Shown here piece by piece: positions 14,101 to 26,853 of a stretch of 64,000 bases of DNA (within the stretch, counting starts at the first letter, position 1; each line of letters begins with the position of its first letter). The notes under the pieces are model-generated. The model saw only the letters and a program-made list of their open reading frames with translations, was not told where the DNA came from and ran no database searches. The stretch is from Takakia lepidozioides. Its lineage: Eukaryota > Plantae > Bryophyta. The DNA lies in assembly GCA_030704615.1 (NCBI GenBank), contig CM060733.1, positions 75,950,001 to 76,014,000 on the forward strand, written 5' to 3'. Made by a program: the position numbers and the translations under genes.

Positions 14101-15467
14101 AAAACATGTCTGTTGCAGGTGAGCACAGGTCCCACCTTCGTGTGCGGTGTGCAGAAAACTTATGCGGCCGACATTGTCATTCTCGACATCCCGGATGGCC
14201 AGGCTGTGCCAGAAGTTCTTCCAAAGGGCAAGACGCCAGGCTGGAACAAATTCGAGGACAATTACTGGAGTTGGGTATTCGGGTTCTGTAACAATTTCCT
14301 CTCTGATGCAGGGACACTTCTTCTGCTTTTTCAGTCATGTGACAATGATAGTCGTCGGCATTGGCATCATCATACCTCAAGTCTTCAGGGTTTGAAGTTT
14401 TGCGCACATGGAATTGTGTGAACAGCCTCTACCTTGTGAAAGGGGGTTTCCCTGGTCAGCTGGTATGCCGTCTGCCTTCTGCTTGTGCTTTGATCATGAG
14501 TTTCAATTTTCTCTGCAGCTCCACTCTAGTAGAATGTTTTATGATCGACACCGATCATCAACGATTCATGGTTTTTGTGTCAGAGTTCTGAATAGCCGAT
14601 GTACACACTTCCACTTTAGATTGTGTTTACCACACTAACCTGCTATCTTTGGCAGACGAGGATGTTCGAGGCGATCTGCCTGCGGAGGATTCGCACATCA
14701 AAGACACCATCCTCCATCCGCAGCTTTGAGATTTCTGACCAGGGTTGTTTCGTCAAACCCCCCTATGAGCCCCATGTCGATGACATTTTGTACAACTTCA
14801 TGCAGTCCAGTCAGACTCTGAGAAGAGACCAGATGGCACTCCCTGGAGAGGTGCAAAGGAAAAGTCACCAGCATTCATGCAAATACTGCTGGAGTCATGC
14901 AGCCACCGCTCTGCACGGGTGGTCGATCTTTCTGTGTCCACAGGTTCGTTTTCTCCCTCCGAATTGGTTTCCTTTCAACAGTTTCATCTGCTTAAATCCC
15001 CTCCTCCAAATGTTTATGTTCTCCTCTCTGGTGCAGGAGCAACTTACCACGCATGCAAGGCAGGCGGAAGAAGCCTTTTTGGTATGGAGGGTGATTCTGA
15101 CCTCTACAACACAGTGCTCCTCCCCCTTTTGTCTGGCTCCACTTCAGGCACACAGACTGATCGGATTCATATTCGAAATGATGACGATCCCGAAGATAAG
15201 CAGGTCGACAACGACTTTTCATGTGAGTAAGTGCTAAACCTCTTTGGGAGTCATACTCAATTTCTCGATAACATCAAAGTTACAGTAATAACTTTTTCAG
15301 GCTGTCTTTCAGGAAAGCCAGCGGTGGATCTTCAGGAGATACAGTCATTTCTGGCGAGTCTGTTTTCGACAGCCCCTTTCCAATTTTCTGCTCCTGTTTA
15401 TGCCGAAGCAATGGCACTTCACGCGTCCGAGTCCCTATCCCCTGACTTTTTAGTGGCTCAGCCGTAG
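11170..15467 (+). pseudogene. Cargo gene copy A' (middle exons and MTase-like domain)
   Basis: VHTLFRIKRIGLMKLDDF / TWYSLTREAF match copy C (HTLFRMQKLGRMPLSSF / TWYTLTRDAF). Also DIVILDIPDG...PGWNKFEDNYWSWVFGFC..FLSDAG and RVVDLSVSTG, intron, ATYHACKAGGRSLFGMEGD. Confidence 0.7.
12440..13205. repeat. Cluster of 22-bp palindromes TGAATG(T/G)CGTTGACG(A/C)CATTCA in an intron
   Basis: Copies at 12440, 12796, 12917, 13080 and 13184; degenerate copies near 12576 and 12697. Confidence 0.9.
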
Positions 15468-16250
15468 GTGTATCCAGCGTGGATCCGGTGTTCTAAAATA
15501 CTTAGACTTAGATGCAGAGGAAGAGAGGATACATTGTACTGACTCTGAGTCAGACTGAACTGTATTCTTTTATATTCATTTTCATATTATCTGGAAAACG
15601 TTCAATCCCCTTACTCTACCGTAGTTGTTCCTTTAGAACAAAATAATAATCACAGAATCAACTTTCGTTTAAATTGCTATATGTATGAATCCATCTCACA
15701 AACCTTCCTGACTCTTCTCATATCCATTGTGCATTCATCTACACTGTATTCATGCGTGCTCCATTCATGAAAGCTTCCTTTGTACAACATCCATTGTACA
15801 TTCATCCTCTGTACTCTTTAATCCACCCCACAAACCTTCCACACTCATTTCATATACTTTGTGCATTCGTCAAAAGTTTGGTCATGCATCTTCCTGTCAT
15901 GAATTTTTGTCATTGCTCAACATCCATTATACATTCATCCATTTTACTCTTATCCATCCGTCATTCATCCATCTACATAGATTTTTCAAACTCATCCATC
16001 TGTTTATCATCCAACTGTACATTCATCCATCATTTATTCAATGCCTTTATTATGTCGTCCAGCTTGTTCCGCGGTAAAGGGTGCCAATCCGCGGGAATAC
16101 ACTCCACTTCTTTCTGGGTGCGTGGTGACTCGGCCTCCACGTGTGATGACGTGGACTGAGCCCCGTGACGTGGCATTTGCGCAAGGTGACGTGGCGTGAG
16201 CGCAGTCGCGCTCACGCGCTCACGTGACCAGGCTCACGCCGAGGCATCCC

Positions 16251-18452
16251 TGCCAACTCCCCAGTTGAAGAGGAACATCTATCGCCAACCTTGTCGCCAA
16301 CTGTGGTTCTCCTTTGGCAGAACGCACCTCAATAGAGGCCCCCACGTCACTTGTCGGGAGTCCCAGCTTTTGTGCCGTTGCCGGTGTCATGAAGGAGTGC
16401 GACGCTCCTGTGTCCACCAACAACGACACATTAGTTCCGGATATTATCCCATCCACGAACAATAACTGACTCCCTTTTCGTAAGGCGCCAGTTTCCTGAT
16501 ACAACTCACAAGAAAATTTGCCTACCTTGTAAGTCCTAGCGACCACCGCTTCCACCAAGCGACTGATGGTATCTTCCGACAGCTCCGTGGTCGCCCGAGT
16601 CATGTTCAATTGCCGGGGCTTCGTGCACTTCTTGGCCATGTGCCCGGGCTCCCCGCAATTGAAACACACTCCATCAAAGGTCGCCTTCTGTCCGCCATAA
16701 GCCACTCCACCCGCTTTTCCTTTCAGAGCACCGGGTGCCGCCTTGACGTGTGAAGGCCCTCCCTTCGATTTCCACGTGCCATTATCGCCGCGTGGCCTAT
16801 CCCACTTCTTTTTCCGGTCGGAAGGAGTCACCTTCCCGCCGAATCTTCTTGTGGTTCAGCTCCGTACGACCTTGTCTTTCACCCCTAGGGACATCCAAGA
16901 AACATTCAGCCCTCTCAATTGCCTCGTTCAAAGTCTTGGGTGGCTTCTCCTCCAACTTCCGCCTGGCCCATGGGGCCAGTCCCGCCACAAAGTTGAAGAC
17001 CATTTCTGGTTCTGCCATGTCCGCGACTTCGAGCAACAGCACATTGAAAGCCTGGACGTACCCCCGAATGTCATCTGTTTGCTTCAATTCCTCATCTTGT
17101 CCTAGGCAAGCCAGGACGCGTTGAGGGGCACAAATTGTCTCTTCAACAATTCCTTGAACCCACTCCAGTTCAAGGTTTCCGGACTTGGACCTCGGTCGTG
17201 AAGGCGTTTCTGCCACCATTGTTGAGCATAGCCCCTCAAATAGGTGGGAGCCACTTCCACGCGATCCTCATCACTCAACTTGGCCGCCCGGAAGTACTGC
17301 TCCAGCTCCAAGAGCCAGGTGTTGAGTGTCTTCCGATTTCGGACGCCCTCGAAGGTGCCGGGTTCCTTAGGCTTCACCTTAAACTTTGCCTTAGTGGAAG
17401 TGGCATTAGCCACCTTCAACACGTCTTTCAACGTCCCGCCAAACTGTGCCAACAACCCTTCCCAAAAGGCTGCCGGCATGGGAGGCATCTCTTGGTTTGT
17501 CGGAGCTCTCAAGGATTCCTCGGGCTCCGACTCCTCGGATTCCTCCCGCTCTTGGGCGGCCTCGTTTTCGGAAACATGCATCGCTTCCTCAAACGGCCGC
17601 CTCGGTGACACGCCGCCCCATCGGGCTCACCGGGATCATCATCTTTTGGGCCGTTCCGCTTTCGCTTCGGCTTGCCCGACCCCATGATTAGGCCAATCCC
17701 AAGGACGCGCGTACTGAACTCTAAGCTCTGATACCAAGTGTCGCGCACATCACTTCGGTAAACTCCCCTTCAAGTTATAGATACTCGCTTTGATGCGCGC
17801 GCCTGACTCCCAACCTGGCCGCCGGCCAACTTGGAGCTTCGGCTGCTCACCGGGACATAACGGTCCCCTTTCGCTCCCTCTAAAACCCTCCACCTAATTG
17901 GGACTAGGAGAATCCCTTTGGTAGATGGCAGTCCGGAACAGCTCCCCACTCTTTGGTCGCTTTCCGGCTCGCTCGCTTACTCACTAGTTTTTGGTCACCA
18001 ACGGGCTTGCACCGTTCTCGGGGTTACTACTCCCTATATATACTTCTGTAGCTGTCCGCGGGGGTTTCACAACCAGCCATGCCATTTTATGGCGAACCAC
18101 CACGAAGACCCTCGATTCCCGGTGGTGAGTCGCGGTGAGTCTTGGCCCGCTCACCACGGCCCCTATGGACCGTGATGAGTCCAAGACTCCCCACGACTCC
18201 CACCACGAGGTCTCCACCCCCATGTGAGTCCTATGCCACCCCCACTAAGTCCCACTAAGCACACCCCACCCTTGTGGAGCCACCCCCACGCAACCCGGCG
18301 TGCGGGGCTCCACCTAGTGAGCGCCTCCGCCTCCTTGAGTGCTTGGGCACTCAAGGGTGCTTCAAGCCCCGTACCTATTGCTGCACGCCCCCCACCACAG
18401 GGGCAGCCCCTCTTGTGTCCCGCCTCCTGCCTCAAAGCAAAGGGCCACGACA
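16251..18452 (-). mobile_element. Truncated Ty3/Gypsy chromovirus copy (5' LTR, PBS, gag, part of protease)
   Basis: Reverse-complement homolog of 33239-35450: LTR 17739-18452, PBS TGGTATCAGAGC at 17725-17736, CFNCGEPGHMAKKC knuckle, LLVDTGAS. Confidence 0.95.
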
Positions 18453-18638
18453 CTTGACACCTGATTTAACACTTGACCTAAATCCAAGTGTTAAATACAA
18501 ATAACTAGCTTTATTCTAGCTAGTTTCACACTGTGCTTATTTAACTTGACAGCTATCGTGCGCATACGTATCGCAACACAACTACATTGCTGTCCAAACT
18601 ACACCACACATATATGCACAATAAAGTAGTCTACCACA
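18453..18638 (-). repeat. 3' LTR (interrupted) of the DNMT-Gypsy element
   Basis: 18453-18553 is identical by eye to 29906-30006; interrupted by the chromovirus LTR at 18452. Confidence 0.8.
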
Positions 18639-18898
18639 ATCGCCCCCCTAGCTGGTGGATAGGTCCCTCTACCTCCAGATAGCTACAAGATATAATAGCC
18701 GTAGCCGTACTAAGTCCTCTATCACTGTCCCTATTGTACTCAAACTCTATAGACCAAGGGGCCGGGTACAAGAGTAGCCCCATCGTTAGTCGCCGTCTTG
18801 CAATCTGTGAACTTGAGCCAAGATCTTGTGTGTTCAAGGTCTCCTAGTAGCTGGGCCTTGCGTTGCTTGTTAGCCTTCCATGGTTGTATCCACTCCCA

Positions 18899-21800
18899 CT
18901 ATCCAATGCAATGTGGACATAACCAATCCTCATCTGGAACCATCTCAAGAGGTGGAGTCAAGCATCCCATATGCCAACTTTAGAGCATCGATCACACACC
19001 AGCATGGTGGCTGCCCCTTTAGCAGACCCACACAACATGCACCTCAAACCTGCAGATACCACTGCCAGGTTTGGGTCAATCCTGCCATCGACATTCGGAA
19101 GGTGACATGGCGCACAATTACGCACATGGTCCTTCCAAGTTATGCCATCCTGACCCTCCAAGACCAAGACGCCTGAGGGCAAGACCTCTCGAACCCTCAA
19201 AATAACACGTCCTGCAGTCACATCCAGGGTCGTAGGAGCAGTTTGCTGCAGATAGACATAGTCACCAGGGTTGAATCTCCGAACCCTAGGACGATAGCCC
19301 CCACCACGTATGGTAGCATACCTCAACGTATCACGGTGTTGTGCAATGGCAAGGTTCTCGAAAGCCATGGGCATGACTCTCTTGAACAACTCTGCACGCT
19401 GCTCACATGCACGTGCCCACACGTCCGGATCGTCAAGGTTAAGAACTGTAGCAGCTTCTCTGCGAATGGATGTAGGCAAATCCGGCTCTCGGCCAAAGAG
19501 AAGAAAGTATGGTGAGAAGGAGGCAAGTGATGCTTGCTTGCTGAACCTGTAGCCCATGGCTAACCAGGGTAACTGAAGGTCCCAATCTCCTAGGTGTCCC
19601 TTCTGCAAGCCATACTTGCGCAAACCCCTCTTTACTGTCTGAACAACTCTCTCTGCCAAGCCATCGGCCTCAGGATGATCCCGAGAAGTGGTGCGGTGGT
19701 CTATCAAGGCCTTGTCACACAAAGCCTGAAACTCCCCCAAGAACTCTCTCCCTTGGTCCGTGAGTACCTCAGCTGGAGCACCGAATCGGCTAAGCACACA
19801 ATCCAGGAATGCATACGCAGCTCCCTCACTAGCCTTATCAGGCAATGGAACCAATTCAATCCACTTGGAGAAGTGCTCCACCATCACCAACACGTACTTG
19901 TTGTGGCGCATGGTCAGTGGCAACGGCCCTGCGAAGTCAAGACTCCACCTGTAGCCCAATCCCATGATCGGAAGAGGGTGCAATTGTGGAGTAGGGGCGT
20001 TGAATGAAGCACGCACCCTGTCACACACCATGCACCTAGCCACAAATTGTTGCACCTCTGTGTGCATACCACGCCACCAATACTGCCCCTGCAGTAGACT
20101 ATGAGTGCGTCGCACCCCAAAATGCCCCAACTCCTCATGGGCATGCCGCACTAACCGTGCCCGCTGTGTTGGGTGAGGCACAATCCTCACTCGACCATCC
20201 TCCCACACTCGGAGCAGGTGTGTTCCCTCCCACCTGAACCTCTTGGCTCGTTGTAGGATCCGATCCCTCTCCTTGGCAGTCACAGTGGCTGCCGTGTCTC
20301 CAGTGCGGAGGTAGTCCAACACAACTGAATCCTCATGTATATCTTTGGCGCCACCTTGCTCATTGCTGGCCTCAGGGTCCTCAGACACTTGATCTACAGT
20401 CATCCCTGTTGCAGGTCCAACCTGGCCTTCCGCTGCCAAGATACACAGAAATGCAGATGCATGCCATCCGGGCACCATCTCCTCGTCCGTCTCACCATGC
20501 CACCGAGCTCCAGTGTCATCCTGCTGGCTCGTGCATGGATTGCGACTCAACCCATCTGCATTGCGATTGACCAAACCCGGTCGATGCACCACCTGAAAGT
20601 CATACTCTTGAAGGATGAGTGCCCACCGTGCAAGCTTCCCCGTAAGCTTGTCTGACTCCATCAACCACTTGAGTGGTTGGTGATCCGTGACAAGGGTGAA
20701 GAGATTGCCGTATAGATAGCACCTGAAGTGTGCCACGGCCCACACTGCAGCTAAGCATTCTCCCTCATATGAGCTATACTTAGACTCTGCAGCATTGTTC
20801 GAGCGGCTAGCATAAGCCACTACGAACTCTCTTCCCTCATCATCCACCTGTGTGAGCACCGCTCCAAGCCCCAGCATGCTCCAATCTGTATGCAGCTGAA
20901 AAGGACGCCCCCTGATAGGTCGTCTCAAGATGGGCGCCGAGGTCAACCTCGCCTTGAGCTCTTGAAAAGCTTGTTCTTGCTCATCTTCCCACTGCCACTC
21001 CTGGTCCACCTTGGTCAGCTTGGTTAGAGCCTTTGCAATGGCACTAAATCCCTTAACAAACCGTCTGTAATAGTTTGCTAACCCCATGAAAGCTCGAACT
21101 CGGCTCACATCCGTGGGGCGTGGAACCTGTGCAATGGACTCTACCTTAGTCTGCTGTACCCCCAATCCTCCAGGATATATCATGTGACCCAGATACTCAA
21201 TCTGGTTGTGGAAAAACTTGCACTTGCCCGGATGTAACTTCAATCCGTGCGTCCTCAAGCGCTCAAATACCCCCTGAAGGTGTCTCTCATGCTCCTCCAC
21301 CGTAGCACTAAAGATGATGATGTCATCTATGTAGCACCGAGCAAACTCCACCCCTGCTAGAATCCTGTCCATGACTCTTTGAAACTCAGCGGAGCGTTTT
21401 TAAGCCCAAATGGTAAGAACCGCCACTGGTATAGGCAATCCTTCCCGTGCTCATTGATCCCCCAGAATGCCGTCTTTTGCTTATCCGCCTCCTTGATCGG
21501 CAACTGGTGATATCCGGATCGTAAATCCAACGTGCTAAAGACCTTGGAATGCCCAATGGCATCAAAGATCTCCTCTGGTGTTGGCATGGCATACCTATCG
21601 GACTTGGTCTGACGATTTACAGGCCGGTAATCACCGCACATACGTCTCTCCGTCCAATTGCCATAGACATCCTTCTTAGCTGGCATCACTGTGGCTGAAG
21701 CATACTCTCCACCAGAGAGCTCCACCAAACCTGCCTCCCAGAGATCTTGAGTCCTCATCTGAATCAAAGACCTCTCCATGTCACTGTATCTATAGGGTCT

Positions 21801-21900
21801 CCGAAAGATTGGCGTGTCAGTGGCCAACTCAATACGGATCTCTTGACCCTTCAGTGCTCCCAAGTCCTTCAAACTGAAGGCAAAGCAATTCCTGTAAGCC
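18899..21900 (-). pseudogene. pol: pol: RT, RNase H, integrase, C-terminal PHD finger (frameshifts near 21370 and 18985)
   Basis: [34 protein letters not shown] zinc finger, D-D-E integrase core. CMLC..MLVCDRC continues in another frame as WHMGCLTPPLEMVPDEDWLCPHC*. Confidence 0.95.
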
Positions 21901-22289
21901 CTCAGGAACCGCCGTATACGTCGTCTCTCTCCTCCGGTGACAATGGGTCCAATGTCAGGCTCCCAATTGTCCTCCGTAACTGCAACCTTAAGTCCAGTGG
22001 GCTTAGAGGTAGAGGACGCGTCCCGTGGTTGCTATGCTGCAACCTCTTGAGCAGTACTCCCTTCCTGCTCAGTCAATGACAAGGCCTCATCCTGCCCCAT
22101 CATCTCATCATTGAGAACCTCCTCATCCCGAGAAGAATCCCCAACCTCATCCATCACAGCTGCCTTGGCTGCCAACTCCCTCTGAACCTCGAGCACCTCC
22201 CACGTGTGCCATGGATGTCTACACCCCGTGGTCCTCACCGGCTCGCCCCCACTCGCTGCCTGTACCGTCTCGGTAGGCAGAGAGACCAT

Positions 22290-23280
22290 GAAGGGAGTGC
22301 ACTCCGCACTCTACGTTGCTCAGCCATAGCCAAGCTGATAATCCAGGTCAAGCAATTGAGATCCATTGCTTGCCCCAACACCTGACGACGTGATGCCTCA
22401 GAAAGAGAAGGCACCGCCGTGGTCCCAGTGGAAAACCCCATAGCCCGCTCTCGCTCGTCGGCATTAGGCTCCACTAACTGCTGCAACTGAGCATCCCACA
22501 GGAGGCCAGGTCCACCATCCCGAAAAGCATGGGATCCTGGGAAGCTGAGCAGTGTAGGTAATGCTGCTCGTGGTTGACCCACCCTTGTTGACCACTGCCA
22601 AAGGCGAACGGTCATCGTGTCTCACACGTTGAGACTGCCTCCCTGTGTCCAAAATGCCACTATGAGGTGTGTTGGCCGCTGCACCCCATCAAATGCACGC
22701 TTGAGCAGTGCGGGTGGCATCAAGTTAGTCCACCATAGCCGTGGACGATGAGCCCGTGATCCCACTGCAGCTGCATCCAGCAGCACTGCTGACCCAAGCC
22801 ACGACCGGACTTGATGCACACTGGCCATCACCCTGGCCCGAGAATCACCCATCAGTGGCACATTCTCCAAGATGTATGCTGGAGATACAGCTTGATGAAG
22901 CTGCAAGTGGCGCAAAATCCGCACCATCTCCCAAAACAGACCCGTCCTCGAGTCTCGCAATCCATTGCCATGCCCGGCTGATGAATGCCCTTGGCAGGGC
23001 CAACCTGCCACTACCAGATCAATGGAGCCAACCCGCTCCAAATCCTGCGCCCCCAGCAACGCAATGTCTGCTGGCAAGGCCTGCTGATATCCACGAACTG
23101 CAAACACCGGCAACAACTCAGGGTACTGCTGCAGCAGCTGAGCAACATGGCGCAGTGAGACGCGTCGTGCAGTCTCATCCCTCTCCACATACAGGTAACG
23201 TCGAACTCGTACACCTGCCTGCAGCACTGCAGCCAATCCAGTGCTGATCCCGCCAAACAAGTCCAGAAGGCAATGCCTTC
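22290..23280 (-). pseudogene. C5-cytosine DNA methyltransferase domain within the polyprotein
   Basis: Motif I (LDL)FGGISTG, II VERD, III ADI, IV DLVVAGWPCQGHS, V LFWE, VI YILENV, VIII AHRPRLWWTN, IX ERERAMGF, X RRQVLGQA; two frameshifts. Confidence 0.93.
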
Positions 23281-23599
23281 ATCCGGCGCTGCCACACAAG
23301 AGGTGTGGTGTCCAATGGCGACAACTGAGGTTCCTGGTGCAATCACCGCACTCTCCTCCTCTCCTGACGGTACAAAAGCTTCTACCCAAGCTTGTTGCAC
23401 CCGTCGATCAGCAACCTGCTGCAAATCCTTGCTCGTACCCCACAATGGAGTGTGAGCAACCATGGCAGGCAACTCCGCCATACCATGCATGTCATCCTGC
23501 TCTGCTGGAGGTGGCACATCCTCTGCATGGGCATTGCCTTCCAGCAACTCTCCAGGCCAACTAACTGCAGCTGTAAAGGCGGCTAGTGTTGGCATCTTG

Positions 23600-24080
23600 C
23601 CCCGCTGGGCAGCCGCAATACCCCCAATGAATGTCACAGGGAGCTGTGCACGACGACCATCCCCTGACTGCCATCCAGGCCTGTAGAATGCTGACTCCTC
23701 CCAAAAGTCCAGGGTGAAGCCCATGGGGTATAACACTGCCCCACCAACGAGGACATCGTAAGAGACCGCGTCTGTCACAATGGCCTTGGCTCGCATGACT
23801 GAGCCATCGATAGGATGATCCGGCTGCAGTCTAATGGCCAACTGATGCCGTGTCATGCCCCGAGCCTGCTCTGATCCTCCCAGAGATGTCTGTATCTGGA
23901 AAGGACAAGGCTCCATATCCGCCTCCATGAGGCCCAAACCTGCAATAGCAGCTCTGCCCAACATCAGTGGCTGAGCTCCCGAGTCCAACAAGACCCGCAG
24001 TGGCCGGTACTTCTTGCCTGCCGGTCCACTCAAAGAGAAAATGCCTCCTGGTTGTCTAACAAGACAACTCCAGGTGTCAC
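23600..24080 (-). pseudogene. Retroviral-type aspartic protease
   Basis: VLLDSGAQP and YDVLVGG motifs in ORF 23011-24033, which reads on toward the DNMT domain. Confidence 0.85.
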
Positions 24081-24099
24081 CATGGCGCGCTCAAAGGCT

Positions 24100-26213
24100 G
24101 GCCTAGCTGGCAGCTCCGTCAACCTGGCAGCTGCAGCTTGCCATGGCGCAGCCGTGGCAGTCTTGACCCTCAAATCCGAGGATCAACACCTTCCACTAAC
24201 TCCGCAGAAGATGAAGTGACCTCCCCACTCTCACAGAGTGTTGCTGCTAGTCTGAACACTGCAGCTGGTCTTACCCCCGGCGTCGCAATCATGGTTGCCG
24301 AGAACAGTGGGGCTTGACACACAGAGGTGGCTGCCCCCAACAACACACCGGCTGCACTAGCCTTGGCAGCAGGTGTCAGTGCTGCACGTGTAGCTCTCCC
24401 CAATGGCATAGAAACCTCCGCCTCGGTAACAGTCGGGCGAGAACTAGGTGCCATGGATGGCGTTGACACTGTCTCCGCCAAGGTGAATGACTGAGGCAGC
24501 CTCGCTTGACGGCTTGCCTCCCCACGTTGTGGATCCAACTCCACCTCTGCACCTCGTGGCTCAGGAACTCGTGCTGCTCCTCGAGTCACGGCTGCAGCAG
24601 ACTCCACCTGCTCTAGTGGTAGTGCTGCTCCGCACATGAATCCCATGCCTCCCATATCTCCTCCCTCAGGAGCAGGAGGTGGACCATCCCGCCTGGGAGC
24701 CGGTACCGCCTGAGCTATAGCCATGGCAGCGAGCCTCTGCTCTAGCTGCTGAAGCCGATTGGCCATGCCTTGGTCAACACCCTGACCTCCGCGTCCTTGG
24801 CCATGTGGAGCTTGCCCTTGGCCTGCACCTCGTGCCCGACCACCTCGTCCTCTTTGGGCTGGTCCACCTCGCCCCCGGCCACCATTGTTCCCTTGGAACT
24901 GGCCTGGGCGCAACTCAGGATGCAAGTCATAACACTGGGCATCTCCATGCCCATACTTGCCACAATGCCCACACTGCAACTGTGCAGGCTGTGCTTGTGC
25001 CGGCCTTCTGCCATTCTCTGGGCAATCTCTTTGACATGGGGTCCTCCACATGTCCAACATATCACCCCTGGTTGCTGTTGGCCTGCAAAAGATGCCACGG
25101 GCCTCTGCACCTGAGGTCCCCTGTAAGCTCCATGGAACTTGGGCTGGGCAACCTTGCCCCCCTGACCACGCTGTTGGGCAGTCCCTTGTGCCTGTGGGCT
25201 GACAGCTGTGCCCTATACAGGCATGTCCTTGCCAAATCCAATTGTAACAACTCGCTCCTCCACCATGTTGAGCTCAATCCGCTCAGCCAGCAGAAACACA
25301 TCTGCTAAGTGGGTTGGGCTGCTTGTAACAGGGTTGCATCTCGCACCCTTCTCTTGAGCTCCTTGTCCAGAATTCCATACCAAAACTGGATTGCCTGAGC
25401 TTCAGTAACCCCTTGGGTCACACTTATCAAGCGCCTCATACGAGTGTACGCCTCTCGCAGGCTCTCACTGGGTTTGCGCTGGAAGTCTTGCAAACTTCGC
25501 AGCTTCTCTGTCCGTACACCTTGGTAGTTCCTCCGCAACTCCTGGAAGAACTCCACCACCGGGTTGAATCTAGGCACATGTGTTGTAGTCGTGGCAGGAG
25601 GAGTAGTAGCACCTTTTGAACTGGTACCACCTGCAGAAGTACCAGCACTACTTGCTCCACTACTAGTGCTGGCAGTGGGAGCTATTGGTACTGATGCAGC
25701 TACTGGTCGCGTCGTGCCTCGAGTAATGGAGACGTAGTCAGGTGACCAATACATCCTCCACTCCTCAATCTCTGCTTCATGTCCTTGCCTGAACTCGTGG
25801 TAATCGTCCATAGGCGGGCCTTCCAAATGCTGGAACAGTCCCTTCCACGCCATGAATGGGGTGAATAGCTGTGGATTGCGCATCTGCTGCAAATCACACC
25901 AGCTGTCGAACTCCTGGATAAAGTCATCCAACTCGATTGTGCCCACAGCTCCAGAGTACCTACGAGGCCCCTTGGTAGCTCCATACATCTCCTCCATGTC
26001 GTCCCACAACAATGGCGAATGAAAGTGCACACCTGTTGATGAAGCCTCCGAGTCTGTGTCTGACTCTACAGTAATTGAGGGTGGCGGTGAAGGTGGTCTG
26101 AACCGAATACCTCGTCTTGTGAACCCACTCTCACTGTTACTGCCTGTAGCCGTACTCCCCTCAAAACCCTTGGGTAACTCCGTAATGACACTCACAATGT
26201 GCACCTCCTCCAC
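24100..26213 (-). pseudogene. gag: gag of the DNMT-Gypsy element (frameshifted)
   Basis: Capsid-like FQRKPSESLREAYTRMRRL; knuckles CWTCGGPH...CP and CGHCGKYGHGDAQC; RG-rich tract. Confidence 0.8.
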
Positions 26214-26853
26214 GTGACACTATAAGGCTCTAGTACTAATCTAATAGTGACACGGGTGGGCACCTGTTGCAGTTTAAGGGTCATATCCCAATGGCTCAGG
26301 GCACCTGCACCTGCATCCACCGCAAGAACTCCTATGGTTGGCTGGTCATCAACCCAGCCTCACCATAGAAGAAACACTGGTGGTCTTGCTGGTCATCACT
26401 CCAGCCTCACCACCGACAACATACTCTAGGATTGACCGGTGATCAAATCCGGCCTAATCCCTATGAAAGCAAGCGCCCACACAAAACCAACATGGCGCAC
26501 AGTCAAGCATGCAGGTGTTGGGGGGATCCAAACACAAGAAATCAAAACATCAACACCCCCACACCAAAATCCAGCTGCAATGCTGATCCTGCAGAATATC
26601 CCAGCCCAAAACCCCGGACTGACTGGCCTCCACCAAGAGAGGCTTTGGCAACTACAAGTACATGGTAATGAAAATAGTACAGAGATGGAGGGGAAGAATA
26701 GAAGCCCAACCAAGCAAGATCTAATCCTGATCTATGCTATCAACTGCCAGACTTCTCTCAAAGTGCCTCGCTCTGCATGATGGTAAGGTGTAGGAGGTAT
26801 ATCTATGTCCAGAAACCTGCCACTACCCTTGTCCCAAGCTACAGTAGCTCGCT

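Larger units (their letters stand above)
10475..16250 (+). mobile_element. Element A': MTase-side arm of the second subfamily; left part missing or lost in the gap
   Basis: Cargo exons homologous to element C; CATTCATCC-rich 3' region like 62900-63020; terminus ...GCTCACGCCGAGGCATCCC abuts chromovirus protease sequence. Confidence 0.65.

Noticed and set aside
6172-16250. A and A' as one element with paired TIRs
   Set aside because: Different subfamilies, different palindromes, no TSD, and a gap lies between them.
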